A stretch of DNA of 40,000 nucleotides, taken from Singulisphaera sp. GP187. Lineage in GTDB: Bacteria > Planctomycetota > Planctomycetia > Isosphaerales > Isosphaeraceae. Shown here one piece after another: positions 26,861 through 35,785 of the stretch. Both the position numbers and the translations under genes were made by a program. Positions within the stretch are counted from its first letter, which is position 1. The number at the start of each line of letters is the position of its first letter. The notes under the pieces were generated by a model. It saw nothing but the letters and a program-made list of their open reading frames with translations. It ran no database searches and was not told where the DNA came from. The stretch spans positions 2,894,498 to 2,934,497 of the forward strand of contig NZ_FSRB01000002.1 of NCBI RefSeq assembly GCF_900129635.1, given 5' to 3'.

Positions 26861-26993
26861 TGCAATCAAATGAGCCGCAATTTAATTATTATAACGTTTT
26901 AAACGTATAATTACATTTGGTGTGGTCGGCTAAGTCTGGGGTTGAACTAAAGAAGCGGCGGAGTTTGTAGGAACTACCGTCCGGGGGCGACTC

Positions 26994-29318
26994 ATGATCT
27001 CGTCGGCGTTGTTTCTGCAAGCCCTCAAGAACGGTACGGGTCGTACCCCGAACGCCGGCCAGAAGCAGGCCGTCGAGGCCCCCGGCGGAGCCGCCCTCTT
27101 CGTAGTCGCCGGGCCCGGAACCGGCAAGACCGCCACACTGACAATGCGGATGCTCAAGTTGATCTTCGTGGACGGGGTCGCCCCGCGAGGGATCCTTGCG
27201 ACCACGTTCACCCGGAAGGCCGCCCAGGAGATCCGATCGAGATTGCTGACCTGGGGGTATGCGGTCCAGGAGGAACTCGTCTCGAACGGCAAACTCAGCA
27301 AGATGGACCGGCTTTGGCTCGAGCGGGTCGACATCAACCAGGTGCGGACGGGCACGATCGACGGCGTCTGCGAGGAGCTTCTTCGCGATTTCCGCGATCC
27401 CGGCACCGACCCGCCGATCCTCGCTGACAAATTCGTCTCGGACACACTGCTCCTACGCCAAGGCCTCTTCCAGTCGGACCGCTACAAGGACGACGACCTC
27501 GACACCTTCCTCTGCAATGTCCGAGGGACGGGCCGCTTCGGCTGGAACATCGGGGCCAAGAACAGCCTCGTCCGCACGATCTGGGACCGACGCCACCACG
27601 ATCAGATGGACTGGGTGAAGTTCGCGGGTTCCGGAACCAGCCAGGAAGAGAAGCAAGCGATCACGCTGCTGGACTCCGCCCTGACCGATTACGCCAAGGA
27701 ACTCGGCGATCGACTCATGGTCGACTTCGCCCAGCTGGAGCAGACCGTGCTCGCTCGCCTGGCGGCGGGCGGCCTCACGGAGTTCGCCGAGGAGTTGAAG
27801 GTCGTCCTCGTGGACGAATACCAGGACACCAACCTGCTCCAGGAGCGACTGTATTTCCAACTGGCCCAGCGTTGCGGCGGTGCCCTGACCGTGGTGGGGG
27901 ATGACGATCAGAGCCTCTACCGGTTCCGCGGTGCGACGGTGGACCTCTTCAGCAACTTCGAGAAGCGGTTCACCTCGACGCTCGGTACGAAGCCGACGAA
28001 AATCTTCCTCAACGAGAATTACCGTTCCTCATCGGTCATCATCGATTTTGTGAACGATTACGCGAGCCTCGATGCCGGCTACCAGGGCGTTCGAGTGGCC
28101 GGGAAGCCCCGACTCGTGAACCCGAAACCGCGTGACGCCGAGATGCCCGTGCTCGGGATGTTCCGGAATTCTATTGAGGACCTCGCGGGCGATCTCGCAC
28201 GTTTCATCCACGCTGTTACTCGCGGAGACGGCTTCGAGGTGAGAGGGCAATGGATCAGGGTTGATCGGGAGGCCTCGGGCGACGTCGGGGACTGTGCCCT
28301 CCTCTGCAGTTCCCCCCAGGAATACGGCAGCGGGACCCCCCTCAAGGAGAGGCTGCCGCTCCTCCTGAGGCGGGAGCTGGGGCAGCTGAACCCGCCCATC
28401 CCCGTGTTCAACCCGCGGGGGCAAGACCTCGCCGTGATTCCTTCAGTCGAGCGGCTCGGGGGGTTGTTGCTCGAGTGCCTCGATCCGGGAGGCCCAATCC
28501 AGTCTGTGATGCGAGGCCTCTCGAACGAGATCCAGGCGACTTTCAACACGTGGCGAGCCAGGACGCTCGCCTGGCTTGACGGGGACAGTAAGCTAGAGCC
28601 GCTCCGTGATTACGCGGTGAACTGGGCCAGCCGAGACGCGGATCGCCCTGGATATGCTTGGCCCAAGAGCACGCCCTGCATCGAGCTGCTCTACGCCCTC
28701 ATCCACTGGATGCCCGAGCTTCACGACGACCCCGAAGGGCAGGTCTACTTGGAGGTCTTCACGAGGCAGCTCGGGGCGGCGGAACAGGTCAGCGGATTCA
28801 AGGCTCGAGTCGTCACCGATCCCGATAAGCCGGATCTAACGCGGACTTCCGTCGGTCATCTACTCCTGTACTTCCTCGCCCCGATCGCCTCCGGTGCGGC
28901 CGGGGTCGACGAGGAGTTGATCGAGAGCTTCCCTCGTGACCGGCTGAACATGCTGTCGATCCACCAGAGCAAGGGACTCGAGTTCCCGTTAGTCATCGTG
29001 GACGTCGGTTCCGACTTCAAGGGTAGATACCCCGCCCAGGCTTTCAAGCGGTTCCCCCGGAATCCCGGCCCGCCGCACAATCTCGAGGACTTGCTGCGGC
29101 CTCACAGCCCCCTGGCGACCCTGAGGCGGAGCGGTCTCGATCGTGCCTTCGACGACCTCTATCGCCAGTATTTTGTGGCATTCAGCCGACCACAGGACGT
29201 GTTGCTCCTGGTCGGCCTGAACGCCACGCGACCCGGTGGTAACGTCGAGAATGTTGCCACCGGACGGGATAGGACCGGCGTGAATCGCTGGTCGCCCCCG
29301 CCGTTTCTGGAGATCTGA
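26994..29318 (+). CDS. UvrD/Rep/PcrA-family SF1 helicase
   Basis: 'AGPGTGKT', 'ATTFTRKAA', 'VDEYQDTN', 'VGDDDQSLYRFRGA', 'NYRSS', 'SIHQSKGLEFPLV'. Confidence 0.95.
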   Translation: MISSALFLQALKNGTGRTPNAGQKQAVEAPGGAALFVVAGPGTGKTATLTMRMLKLIFVDGVAPRGILATTFTRKAAQEIRSRLLTWGYAVQEELVSNGKLSKMDRLWLERVDINQVRTGTIDGVCEELLRDFRDPGTDPPILADKFVSDTLLLRQGLFQSDRYKDDDLDTFLCNVRGTGRFGWNIGAKNSLVRTIWDRRHHDQMDWVKFAGSGTSQEEKQAITLLDSALTDYAKELGDRLMVDFAQLEQTVLARLAAGGLTEFAEELKVVLVDEYQDTNLLQERLYFQLAQRCGGALTVVGDDDQSLYRFRGATVDLFSNFEKRFTSTLGTKPTKIFLNENYRSSSVIIDFVNDYASLDAGYQGVRVAGKPRLVNPKPRDAEMPVLGMFRNSIEDLAGDLARFIHAVTRGDGFEVRGQWIRVDREASGDVGDCALLCSSPQEYGSGTPLKERLPLLLRRELGQLNPPIPVFNPRGQDLAVIPSVERLGGLLLECLDPGGPIQSVMRGLSNEIQATFNTWRARTLAWLDGDSKLEPLRDYAVNWASRDADRPGYAWPKSTPCIELLYALIHWMPELHDDPEGQVYLEVFTRQLGAAEQVSGFKARVVTDPDKPDLTRTSVGHLLLYFLAPIASGAAGVDEELIESFPRDRLNMLSIHQSKGLEFPLVIVDVGSDFKGRYPAQAFKRFPRNPGPPHNLEDLLRPHSPLATLRRSGLDRAFDDLYRQYFVAFSRPQDVLLLVGLNATRPGGNVENVATGRDRTGVNRWSPPPFLEI

Positions 29319-29321
29319 TCG

Positions 29322-30149
29322 ATGCCGCTCTCCGTCCGCCCGCCGATCAACACGCTCCCCTCGTACAGCCTGACCGGCGACCTACTCGGCTTCCTCCGAT
29401 GCGGCCTCCAGTACCGCTACTCCCGGGTGGGCAATCTCCCCCCCTCACACCCCGTGCAGCTCTGGTTCGGCCAGTTCATCCACGCCGTGCTCGAAGAGTC
29501 ATATCGCCAGGTCAAGGAGGCCAAGTGCGAGATGCCGCCCTGGCCGCAAGACAAGCTCGACGGGATCATGGACCGGATCGACCGGCGGTTGGCTGCACGG
29601 AACATCCGCTGCTGGGATGACGCGTCGGAACACCTGGGGCGGCGGCGGGCTACGGCCGCCGTGAACGAGCTGGGTCCGCTCCTCTTCCCGCTGATCAACC
29701 AGGCGGAGGTCCGCGTCCGGGGGGCGAGGAAGCTGCCGGCCGGGCTGGAGGGAGTTGTCGCCAGGGACATCGAGCGTTACGAGATGCTCGGCGTCATCGA
29801 CGTCGTGACCCAGGTCGAACTCTTCAACCCCAAGTTCCGGGGCAACAAGCTCCTGGAGCTGGTCGTCGAGGAGCTCCCCAGCACGCCGCCTCAGGAATTC
29901 GAGGTGATCGTCGACTATAAGGGTATGAAGCGGCCCGATCAGTCGGAGGCAGGGGCCGGACTCTGGGAGATCTACGAGTGGCAGATCCACACCTATGCCC
30001 ACTTGCGGTCGCTGCTCACGACGAAGCCGATCATCGCCGGAGTGCTGGTGTATCTGAATGAATTGGTGCCAACGAAGACCGACTTCTTCGCCCTACGAAG
30101 AGCTCTTAAGCGTACTGTCACACAAACCCTGTTGGAATCCGTCACCTAA
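29322..30149 (+). pseudogene. Cas4/RecB-like PD-(D/E)XK nuclease, 5' portion, interrupted by IS630-family insertion after nt 30108
   Basis: 'FLRCGLQYRY', 'GQFIHAVLEE', 'GVIDVVTQVE', 'EVIVDYKGMK', 'WQIHTYAHL' (QxxxY). Native sequence ends at 30108; the last 13 codons plus the stop are IS-derived. Confidence 0.85.
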
Positions 30150-31305
30150 TTCTTGTGGGTATGGCTTCGGGGCCCTTCGAGATAGGAGATTCGAATGAAC
30201 CGGTCAGAACGACGGTTTCGTGCTTGCAAATGGCTGCTGATCCGCCTTTTGGTCGCCTGTTGATCTGGGTCGTTGGTCGTGTCCAGGACATTCTGTTGGA
30301 TGTCGCTGAAGATCGTTTCACACGGATTGTCGTCCGGGCTTCGCTTTGGCAGGCTGGTCCATTGCAGCCCCAATCGTCGCATCATCGCACGGGTCGCTCG
30401 GGCCTTGATCGGGTGGGCCGGATCCCGATCCAGGGCCAACCGCAGGAGGCGTCCGGGATACCATCGCCGGATTCGCCGCAGGAATTGGCAGACGTACTTC
30501 GCCCCCTTGCCCGGGTAGAAGGCCCAATGGACACGGCCGTGGTTCACGTCATAGAGCAAAAACAGGTAGAACCGACCGCGGATCTTTTGGTTGCGCTGCA
30601 AGACCAGGCGCTTGGCCGTGGTGTAACATCGTCCGCCGTACGCCTTGACGGTGATCGGCTGGACGTCGAAGAACGCCAAGACGGCCCGACGGGGTCGGTG
30701 TTGCCACCACACTCTCAACCGATGCAAAATCACACGCCGATTCGGGTCGGTGCTGAAGAGTTTGCGGCGGATGCGGCGAAATGTATACCCCCCTTTTTGA
30801 GCACCCGACGAAGGTGCTCACGGCTGATCGACTTGACGATTTTCTCTCGGATCAGGACGTCACGCAACTTGGCCAGGGTCCAGCGGCCGAACGGCAACCC
30901 GAGGGTCGTGGGCGATTGGCCGGCCAGGCGCCAAACGGCCGCGATTTGCTCTTGGGACAGGTGTGGAGGAGCGCCGACGGTGCGCGGTCGGCTCAGAGAG
31001 GACAGGCCGTGCTGCGCGAAGTCGCGGAGATCGGCATATACGGTGTTGACATGGACATGGAGCAACCGGGCGATCGCGGTGGCGGAAAGATCGGCGGAGC
31101 GAAGCAAGAGCACCTCCGCGCGACGACGCTGCCAAGGTCGTAGAGGCTTCTCAAGCCATTGATGGACCCGGCGGAGTTCGGCCGGGGTCGGTTTCCGTGC
31201 TGTCAGAGGACGTGACATGGTGGAACCTCCGCTCTGGGTGGACCACCAACCATTCTAACAAAACAGGCGACAAGAATTCCGACAGGGATTCTGTGACGCT
31301 ACGCT
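30109..31305 (-). mobile_element. IS630/Tc1-mariner-family insertion sequence (1197 bp) with TA target duplication
   Basis: TA at 30107-30108 and 31306-31307. Terminal IRs AGCGTACTGTCACACAAACCCTGTTGGAAT versus reverse complement AGCGTAGCGTCACAGAATCCCTGTCGGAAT (25/30 identical). Contains an HTH + DDE_3-type transposase. Confidence 0.88.
30146..31218 (-). CDS. IS630-family transposase in two overlapping frames (HTH part 30730..31218; DDE part 30146..about 30790), joined by a -1 shift
   Basis: N-terminus 'ELRRVHQWLE...LSATAIARLLHVHVNTVYADL'. Catalytic part '...LAFFDVQPITV...LALDRDPAHP...SPDDNPCETIFSDIQ'. The second frame stays open upstream through 'FRRIRRKLFSTDPNRRV' to the CAAAAAGGGGGG run. 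Confidence 0.85.
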
Positions 31306-31307
31306 TA

Positions 31308-31678
31308 AGGCCCGGAACGAGAATGTCATCCTCCCCGACCCGGGCAGCGAGGACGAGAAGATCCTCCGGGAATGGGCCGGGAAAGGAAGGGACGAACAAC
31401 CCCCTCTGCTGTCACTCGGGTTTCGTCTCAAGCGAGCCATCCGGGTGATCCCCATCTCCGAGGAATCCGAGGCGGAGTCGCTCAGGGCGTTCGACGACAC
31501 GGTCGCAAGGATCGAGAAATGCGTCGCGGAAGAGGCCAGGACGGGCCGTGTCATCGCCTCGTGGGAGAAAAATCCCCATAACGAGCCAACCTGCGTGGCG
31601 TGTGACTCGAAGACTTACTGCCCAGATCACAAGAAGGATACTTCCCCTCGACTTCCTGGTGTCAAGGTAACGCCTTGA
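31308..31678 (+). pseudogene. 3' portion of the interrupted Cas4/RecB-like nuclease gene
   Basis: In frame with 29322..30108 once 30109..31307 is removed. Carries the terminal Cys cluster 'PTCVACDSKTYCP'. Confidence 0.8.
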
Positions 31679-31699
31679 GGGGCTGAGTCAATCAGCCCC
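31679..31699. terminator. Perfect 8-bp stem hairpin GGGGCTGA-gtcaa-TCAGCCCC between convergent genes
   Basis: Read directly. There is no flanking U-tract on either strand, so the terminator role is tentative. Confidence 0.4.
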
Positions 31700-31738
31700 G
31701 GCCGCTTCACTTGACCCCAGAGTGACAACCTATGACCC

Positions 31739-32659
31739 TCAGCCATCCAGGGACTTTTCGATTGACTGAGTGGTGTACATCAGCCTGTGAGTTGAGAAGG
31801 GTAGTGCCGTCTGGCACGCCGCGGCCAGGTTGCAGAGTGCCAGATGGAGACGATCCGCCGGCGAAGGATCGGCGATTGCGATGTCCGGGCGTCCCCAGAG
31901 CCTGCCATCGACGGCGAGCTTGACGTAGGAGCTCGAATCGACCGAGTCGACCCCGTGCCGGAAGAGCTCGGCGACGATATCCGGCTTGCCCAAGCCGAAC
32001 ACGTGCAAGGGCCGGTCACCGATCTCGCCGCGGACCGCATCGACGATCTCCAGGACCGCCTTCAAGTCTCGGGCCCGTGGGACCAGGCCTCCGATTGCCA
32101 CTCCGTCGAATGGGCTCCCGGCGTACTCCCTGGCACAGGTCCGGGCCTTCTTCGCGTCCCAGGCCTGCACGCAGGCGTACAACCTCAGATCTGACCGCCG
32201 TCGGTTCGCGAGGGCCCAATGGGCGTTCGCGATCGTCAGGGATTGGCGGACTTTCGCGTCGGCCGGCTTCGTCCCCGGCGGGATCGGGAAGTCGAGCGTG
32301 AAGGCGACGTCCGCGATCTGCTCCTGCAACTCCAGGGCATCCAGCGGGGTCAAGAGTTGGCTCGTCCCATCGACCATTCGTTCAATGCACCCGAGCCCAT
32401 TCCTCTTCCGAACCTGGGAATCCTTGAACAGGGCGGAGAAGCCGCCCGAATCGACGAGGAGTGGCAAGTTCGGCCGATCGTTCAGGTCCCGGTTCTTGGC
32501 GTAGTGATAGCTGACCATCATCGCCGGGGCCAGGCGAGGGAGATACGGCCTGACGAGATCGTCCAGGGGGTACTCCTCCCCGAACGTGGTGACGGGGACG
32601 TAGGCGGGGAAGCGGATGATGCCGCTTCGGGTCTTCAAATTTCGTGCGGTCGGTTCCAC
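31739..32659 (-). CDS. Stand-alone TGT-family transglycosylase (DpdA-like)
   Basis: 'IIRFPAYVPVTTFG', canonical 'LLVDSGGFSALF', 'GVAIGGLVPR', 'LHVFGLGKP', 'GVDSVDSSSY'. No CxCxxC Zn motif. The GTG start at 32659 overlaps the 3' end of the upstream helicase by 25 nt. Confidence 0.85.
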   Translation of the reverse strand: MEPTARNLKTRSGIIRFPAYVPVTTFGEEYPLDDLVRPYLPRLAPAMMVSYHYAKNRDLNDRPNLPLLVDSGGFSALFKDSQVRKRNGLGCIERMVDGTSQLLTPLDALELQEQIADVAFTLDFPIPPGTKPADAKVRQSLTIANAHWALANRRRSDLRLYACVQAWDAKKARTCAREYAGSPFDGVAIGGLVPRARDLKAVLEIVDAVRGEIGDRPLHVFGLGKPDIVAELFRHGVDSVDSSSYVKLAVDGRLWGRPDIAIADPSPADRLHLALCNLAAACQTALPFSTHRLMYTTQSIEKSLDG

Positions 32660-35151
32660 GGTTCTTGCGATCTCCCGCCCGGGGACGGGGCTTCGAACCA
32701 GAGGTCCCGCAGGTTGATCGGGCCTGACGACCGGTCGTTCTCGGTCGTGTTCACTGCCGCGTAGAGTGATCGATCACCCCGGGCGAGGCGGACGGCCAGG
32801 ACATGCTTGCACGTCTGGCCTTTCCTAGCGTCCGGGCAATCGCAAACCCAGTCCGATCCCTGCTGCCTCACCACGTGCGGTTCGAGCCCTCCCCAGACGT
32901 GATACGTACCCTCGCCGGCGGGTCGGAGCTTGAGGTCCAGGGAACGGCGGAGTCGATAGGGATCGATCCCGTGACTCTTCCATTCCGGGGCTTCCGGAAA
33001 TGTCGGTGCCGACGCACGGGATTCACGGTACCAGTAGGCGGATCGCGTCCGGACGAGATCGACGGCGGCTTCCGTCCATTTCCGGGCACGACGCAAGGAC
33101 ATCCCCGGCATCGCGGCCAGGGTTTCCGGTTCCGCCTGGGCGAGAGATTCCAGATCGGTGATCTCCGCCAACTTGAGCCGGCGGGCCCAGGCGGGTCCCA
33201 GGCCCGGGATCAGGGTCAGCGTGATGACCTCCTCGTCGAGACCGGCCTGCACCATCCGTTGAAGAGCGTGAATCTTCTCCGCCAAGCTCACCTCCTGTTC
33301 GATCGACGGGGAGTTCTGGTCGTCCTCCGTCTTCTCAATCCGCTGGATGTCGGCCATCGCGGTGAGTAGGCGTTCGAGAGACTCCTTCAGACGGAGTATC
33401 TCGAACGGGTAACAACCGGAGAGTTCCGCCACCTGTTCCGCGTCCCCGGTGCGTGTCCAGGCTCGGCCCACGCTCGCCATCTTCAAAGCCGCCAGGAGCC
33501 GTTTCCCCCTAACCCCGAGGCGTTGTTCCAGATCGGATCGGGCCTTGCCCAAGAATTGCGAGTTCTCACGAGCGAGGGCGTCCGCCAAGTCGTCGAGCTC
33601 CTCGAAATCGACCGGCAGCACCGGCTCGCAGTCGGAACTCGATGCGGCGATGAGCAAGAGGTCCAGGAAGGATGCCGCGGGTTCGTCCTCCAGGGCGGCC
33701 TGGAAGAGCTGGACGGTCGCCGGTTCCAGGAGGTGGCGTGCCGCGATCCGTCCCAGTCGCGTGGGAAGGAGCCGGATCTCCCCGGAACCCGGCTCGCGAT
33801 CCGTGTCGTCGCGAACCAGATCCGCCTCTTGCATCTGCCAGAGGAGTTTGTTGAGGTCGGGCAATCGGTCCTGGTGGGCCGCGAGCGATTGCCCGAAGGT
33901 GCGGCTCAATTGTCCGGCGGTCCGGGAGAGCCCGCTACTGAGCTCCGCCAAGATCTGCTCCGCGAGGTACCGTGGTTGGCACAGGCCCGAACGGACCGGC
34001 TCGAAGATTCCCCGAGAGTAGCCGTCCGCCGCCCGGTCCCACGTGGGCGTCAAGAGGACCGCCTCGCCAGACGGGTCAAGGCCGGGCCTGCCCGCACGGC
34101 CGACCCTCTGCCAGACCTGGTTGGTGGGGAGCGGCCGGAACTCGCCGCCATCGAAGAACTGCACGTCGTAGAGCACGACCTGTCGGACCGGCAGATTCAA
34201 CCCCATCTCGAGGGTGGATGTCGCCACGAGCACGTCTAACGTCCCACGTCGGAATCCGTCCTCGATCTCCTTCCGAGAGGCATGGTTCAGGCCGGCGTGA
34301 TGGTGTCGGGCTCGAAGACCCTTTTCTGCCAAGAACCGACTCAACCCTTCGGCCCGCCGCCGGCTCTGGACGAAGACCAGGCTCTTGCCACCCTGTTCCA
34401 CGCACCGGCATACCTCGGCCCAGAGTAGCTCCGGCTTCTCGTCGGCCTTGCGGAAGCGGACGATCCGCCAGTCGATCGGGATTGGCCGCCAGTCGGAGGT
34501 AAACTCCACGCCCTGGAGCCACGATGCCAGCTCCACCCGGTTACCCAGGGTCGCGGAAAGTCCCAAGACCTGGACGAACGGGTTGAGACGCTGGAATCGC
34601 GAGATGGCCCCCTCCAGGCGGGCACCACGTTGCCGATCGCCCAGGAGGTGAATCTCGTCCACGACCAGCAGGTCCACCTCCGGAATCCAGCCCCAGTGGG
34701 ACCGCCAGGATCGCGTGCAGGCATCCAGTCGCTCCGGGGTCATGACCAGCAACCGAGCGTCGTAGTAGCTGACTGGGTAGGGCCGTTTGGAAGTCCCGTA
34801 CTCACCCGTGAAGACGCCCACCGGTGAAGGGTCGAATCGATCCCGCCAGCGATCCATCAATTCGGTGGCCAGGGCCCGCAAAGGCGTGAGGTAAATCGCC
34901 CTCCTGCCCCGCCCCAGCACCTGGGCGATGGATTGTTCGGCCAGCCAGGTCTTCCCGCTTCCGGTCGGCATCTGGAGGACGCAGCTGAACCCCGAATCGA
35001 TCAGCCCGCGTTCCAAGATGGCGGCTTGGGGTGGAGTCAGTGACAAGAATAATCCTCCAGGCCTTGAGGTAGCCGAATGAGTTCCGAAGGCGTCTTGATG
35101 CGGGGCCGAACGTTGGGGGCCGATGAAAGCATAACCGCCGAAATCGGTCAA
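32635..35151 (-). CDS. Ski2/Hel308-like DEAD/DEAH-box SF2 helicase with HhH region and C-terminal SWIM zinc finger
   Basis: 'QMPTGSGKTW', 'LTPLRALA', 'VVDEIHLLG', 'GLSATLGN', 'QRVGRAGRPG'. SWIM finger 'WVCDCPDARKGQTCKHVLAV'. There is no in-frame ATG before motif I. The likely start is TTG at 35046 (GGAGGA 6 nt upstream), not the TTG at 35151. Confidence 0.9.
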   Translation of the reverse strand: MTDFGGYAFIGPQRSAPHQDAFGTHSATSRPGGLFLSLTPPQAAILERGLIDSGFSCVLQMPTGSGKTWLAEQSIAQVLGRGRRAIYLTPLRALATELMDRWRDRFDPSPVGVFTGEYGTSKRPYPVSYYDARLLVMTPERLDACTRSWRSHWGWIPEVDLLVVDEIHLLGDRQRGARLEGAISRFQRLNPFVQVLGLSATLGNRVELASWLQGVEFTSDWRPIPIDWRIVRFRKADEKPELLWAEVCRCVEQGGKSLVFVQSRRRAEGLSRFLAEKGLRARHHHAGLNHASRKEIEDGFRRGTLDVLVATSTLEMGLNLPVRQVVLYDVQFFDGGEFRPLPTNQVWQRVGRAGRPGLDPSGEAVLLTPTWDRAADGYSRGIFEPVRSGLCQPRYLAEQILAELSSGLSRTAGQLSRTFGQSLAAHQDRLPDLNKLLWQMQEADLVRDDTDREPGSGEIRLLPTRLGRIAARHLLEPATVQLFQAALEDEPAASFLDLLLIAASSSDCEPVLPVDFEELDDLADALARENSQFLGKARSDLEQRLGVRGKRLLAALKMASVGRAWTRTGDAEQVAELSGCYPFEILRLKESLERLLTAMADIQRIEKTEDDQNSPSIEQEVSLAEKIHALQRMVQAGLDEEVITLTLIPGLGPAWARRLKLAEITDLESLAQAEPETLAAMPGMSLRRARKWTEAAVDLVRTRSAYWYRESRASAPTFPEAPEWKSHGIDPYRLRRSLDLKLRPAGEGTYHVWGGLEPHVVRQQGSDWVCDCPDARKGQTCKHVLAVRLARGDRSLYAAVNTTENDRSSGPINLRDLWFEAPSPGGRSQEPWNRPHEI

Positions 35152-35164
35152 TCAGAGTAGGCGT

Positions 35165-35194
35165 TTGGTATTCCGAACGCCGACAGATTATAAT
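35165..35194 (+). promoter_or_regulatory. Sigma70-like promoter candidate: TTGGTA (35165-35170), 18-nt spacer, TATAAT (35189-35194)
   Basis: Read directly. The spacer and -35 region include the inverted repeat GGCGTT-N10-AACGCC. It lies 22 nt upstream of the GTG/GGAGG start of the HTH gene, in the divergent intergenic region. Confidence 0.4.
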
Positions 35195-35215
35195 GATCGA
35201 TGTGCGGAGGTATCC

Positions 35216-35785
35216 GTGGACGCGAACGATCGGGCTGCCGAGAATCTCCGGTACTTGCTCTTTACTCGCGGGGAGCCTCGCGCGCTCTGGGCGGATCGAG
35301 TGACGGAGTGGGCTGGCTGCGACCGTCGCCGTGCCATGCGACTCCTCCGTTCTGGCCGGTTCACACCGAGCGAGCAAGACCGGATCACCAGGGTTTGCGA
35401 AGTCTCGACCGAGGAGTTGCGGTTCGGACGACTCGTCCCCGACCGGCCGGATTTGATTCTCCAAGAGAACCTTCGCTATTTGCTGGACATCCTGGAACAC
35501 GGCGAGCAGAAGCGTCTGGCGGGACTGCTTGAGATGGAGACGGGTACGGTCTCTCGGTGGCGGGGGGGCAAGCAACTCCCCGAGCGGAAGACACAGGCAG
35601 CATTGGCCCGCTACTTCGGTCTCCCCCCAGGGACGGACCTCCAGGCCGACCCGGTCTTCCTGTCCTACCCGCCGGCCGACGAACGTCAGAGACGACATTG
35701 GCTCCGGGAGCGGATCGAGTCCATCTCGCCGGACCTACTTGGGGAACTCTTCCCCGCCCTGGAACGACTCCTCGAGGACGAATGA
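35216..35785 (+). CDS. Tandem-HTH (two XRE-like units) putative regulator
   Basis: Internal duplication 'ENLRYLLFTRGEPRALWADRVTEWAG...' and 'ENLRYLLDILEHGEQKRLAGLLEMETGTVSRWRGG'. GTG at 35216 with GGAGG 5 nt upstream; the ORF-track start at 35165 is TTG inside the putative -35 box. Confidence 0.7.
   Translation: MDANDRAAENLRYLLFTRGEPRALWADRVTEWAGCDRRRAMRLLRSGRFTPSEQDRITRVCEVSTEELRFGRLVPDRPDLILQENLRYLLDILEHGEQKRLAGLLEMETGTVSRWRGGKQLPERKTQAALARYFGLPPGTDLQADPVFLSYPPADERQRRHWLRERIESISPDLLGELFPALERLLEDE

Noticed and set aside
24961-26993. Terminal inverted repeats delimiting the low-GC gene as a discrete mobile element.
   Set aside because: The AT-rich near-palindrome at about 26888-26911 has no matching partner in 24961-25027, and no target duplication or transposase or integrase is present.
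35557-35781. The 75-aa N-terminal extension of the second Ski2-like helicase ORF.
   Set aside because: It overlaps the HTH gene in another frame, is Pro/Arg/Gly-rich, and an ATG at 35782 forms an ATGA overlap with the HTH stop.
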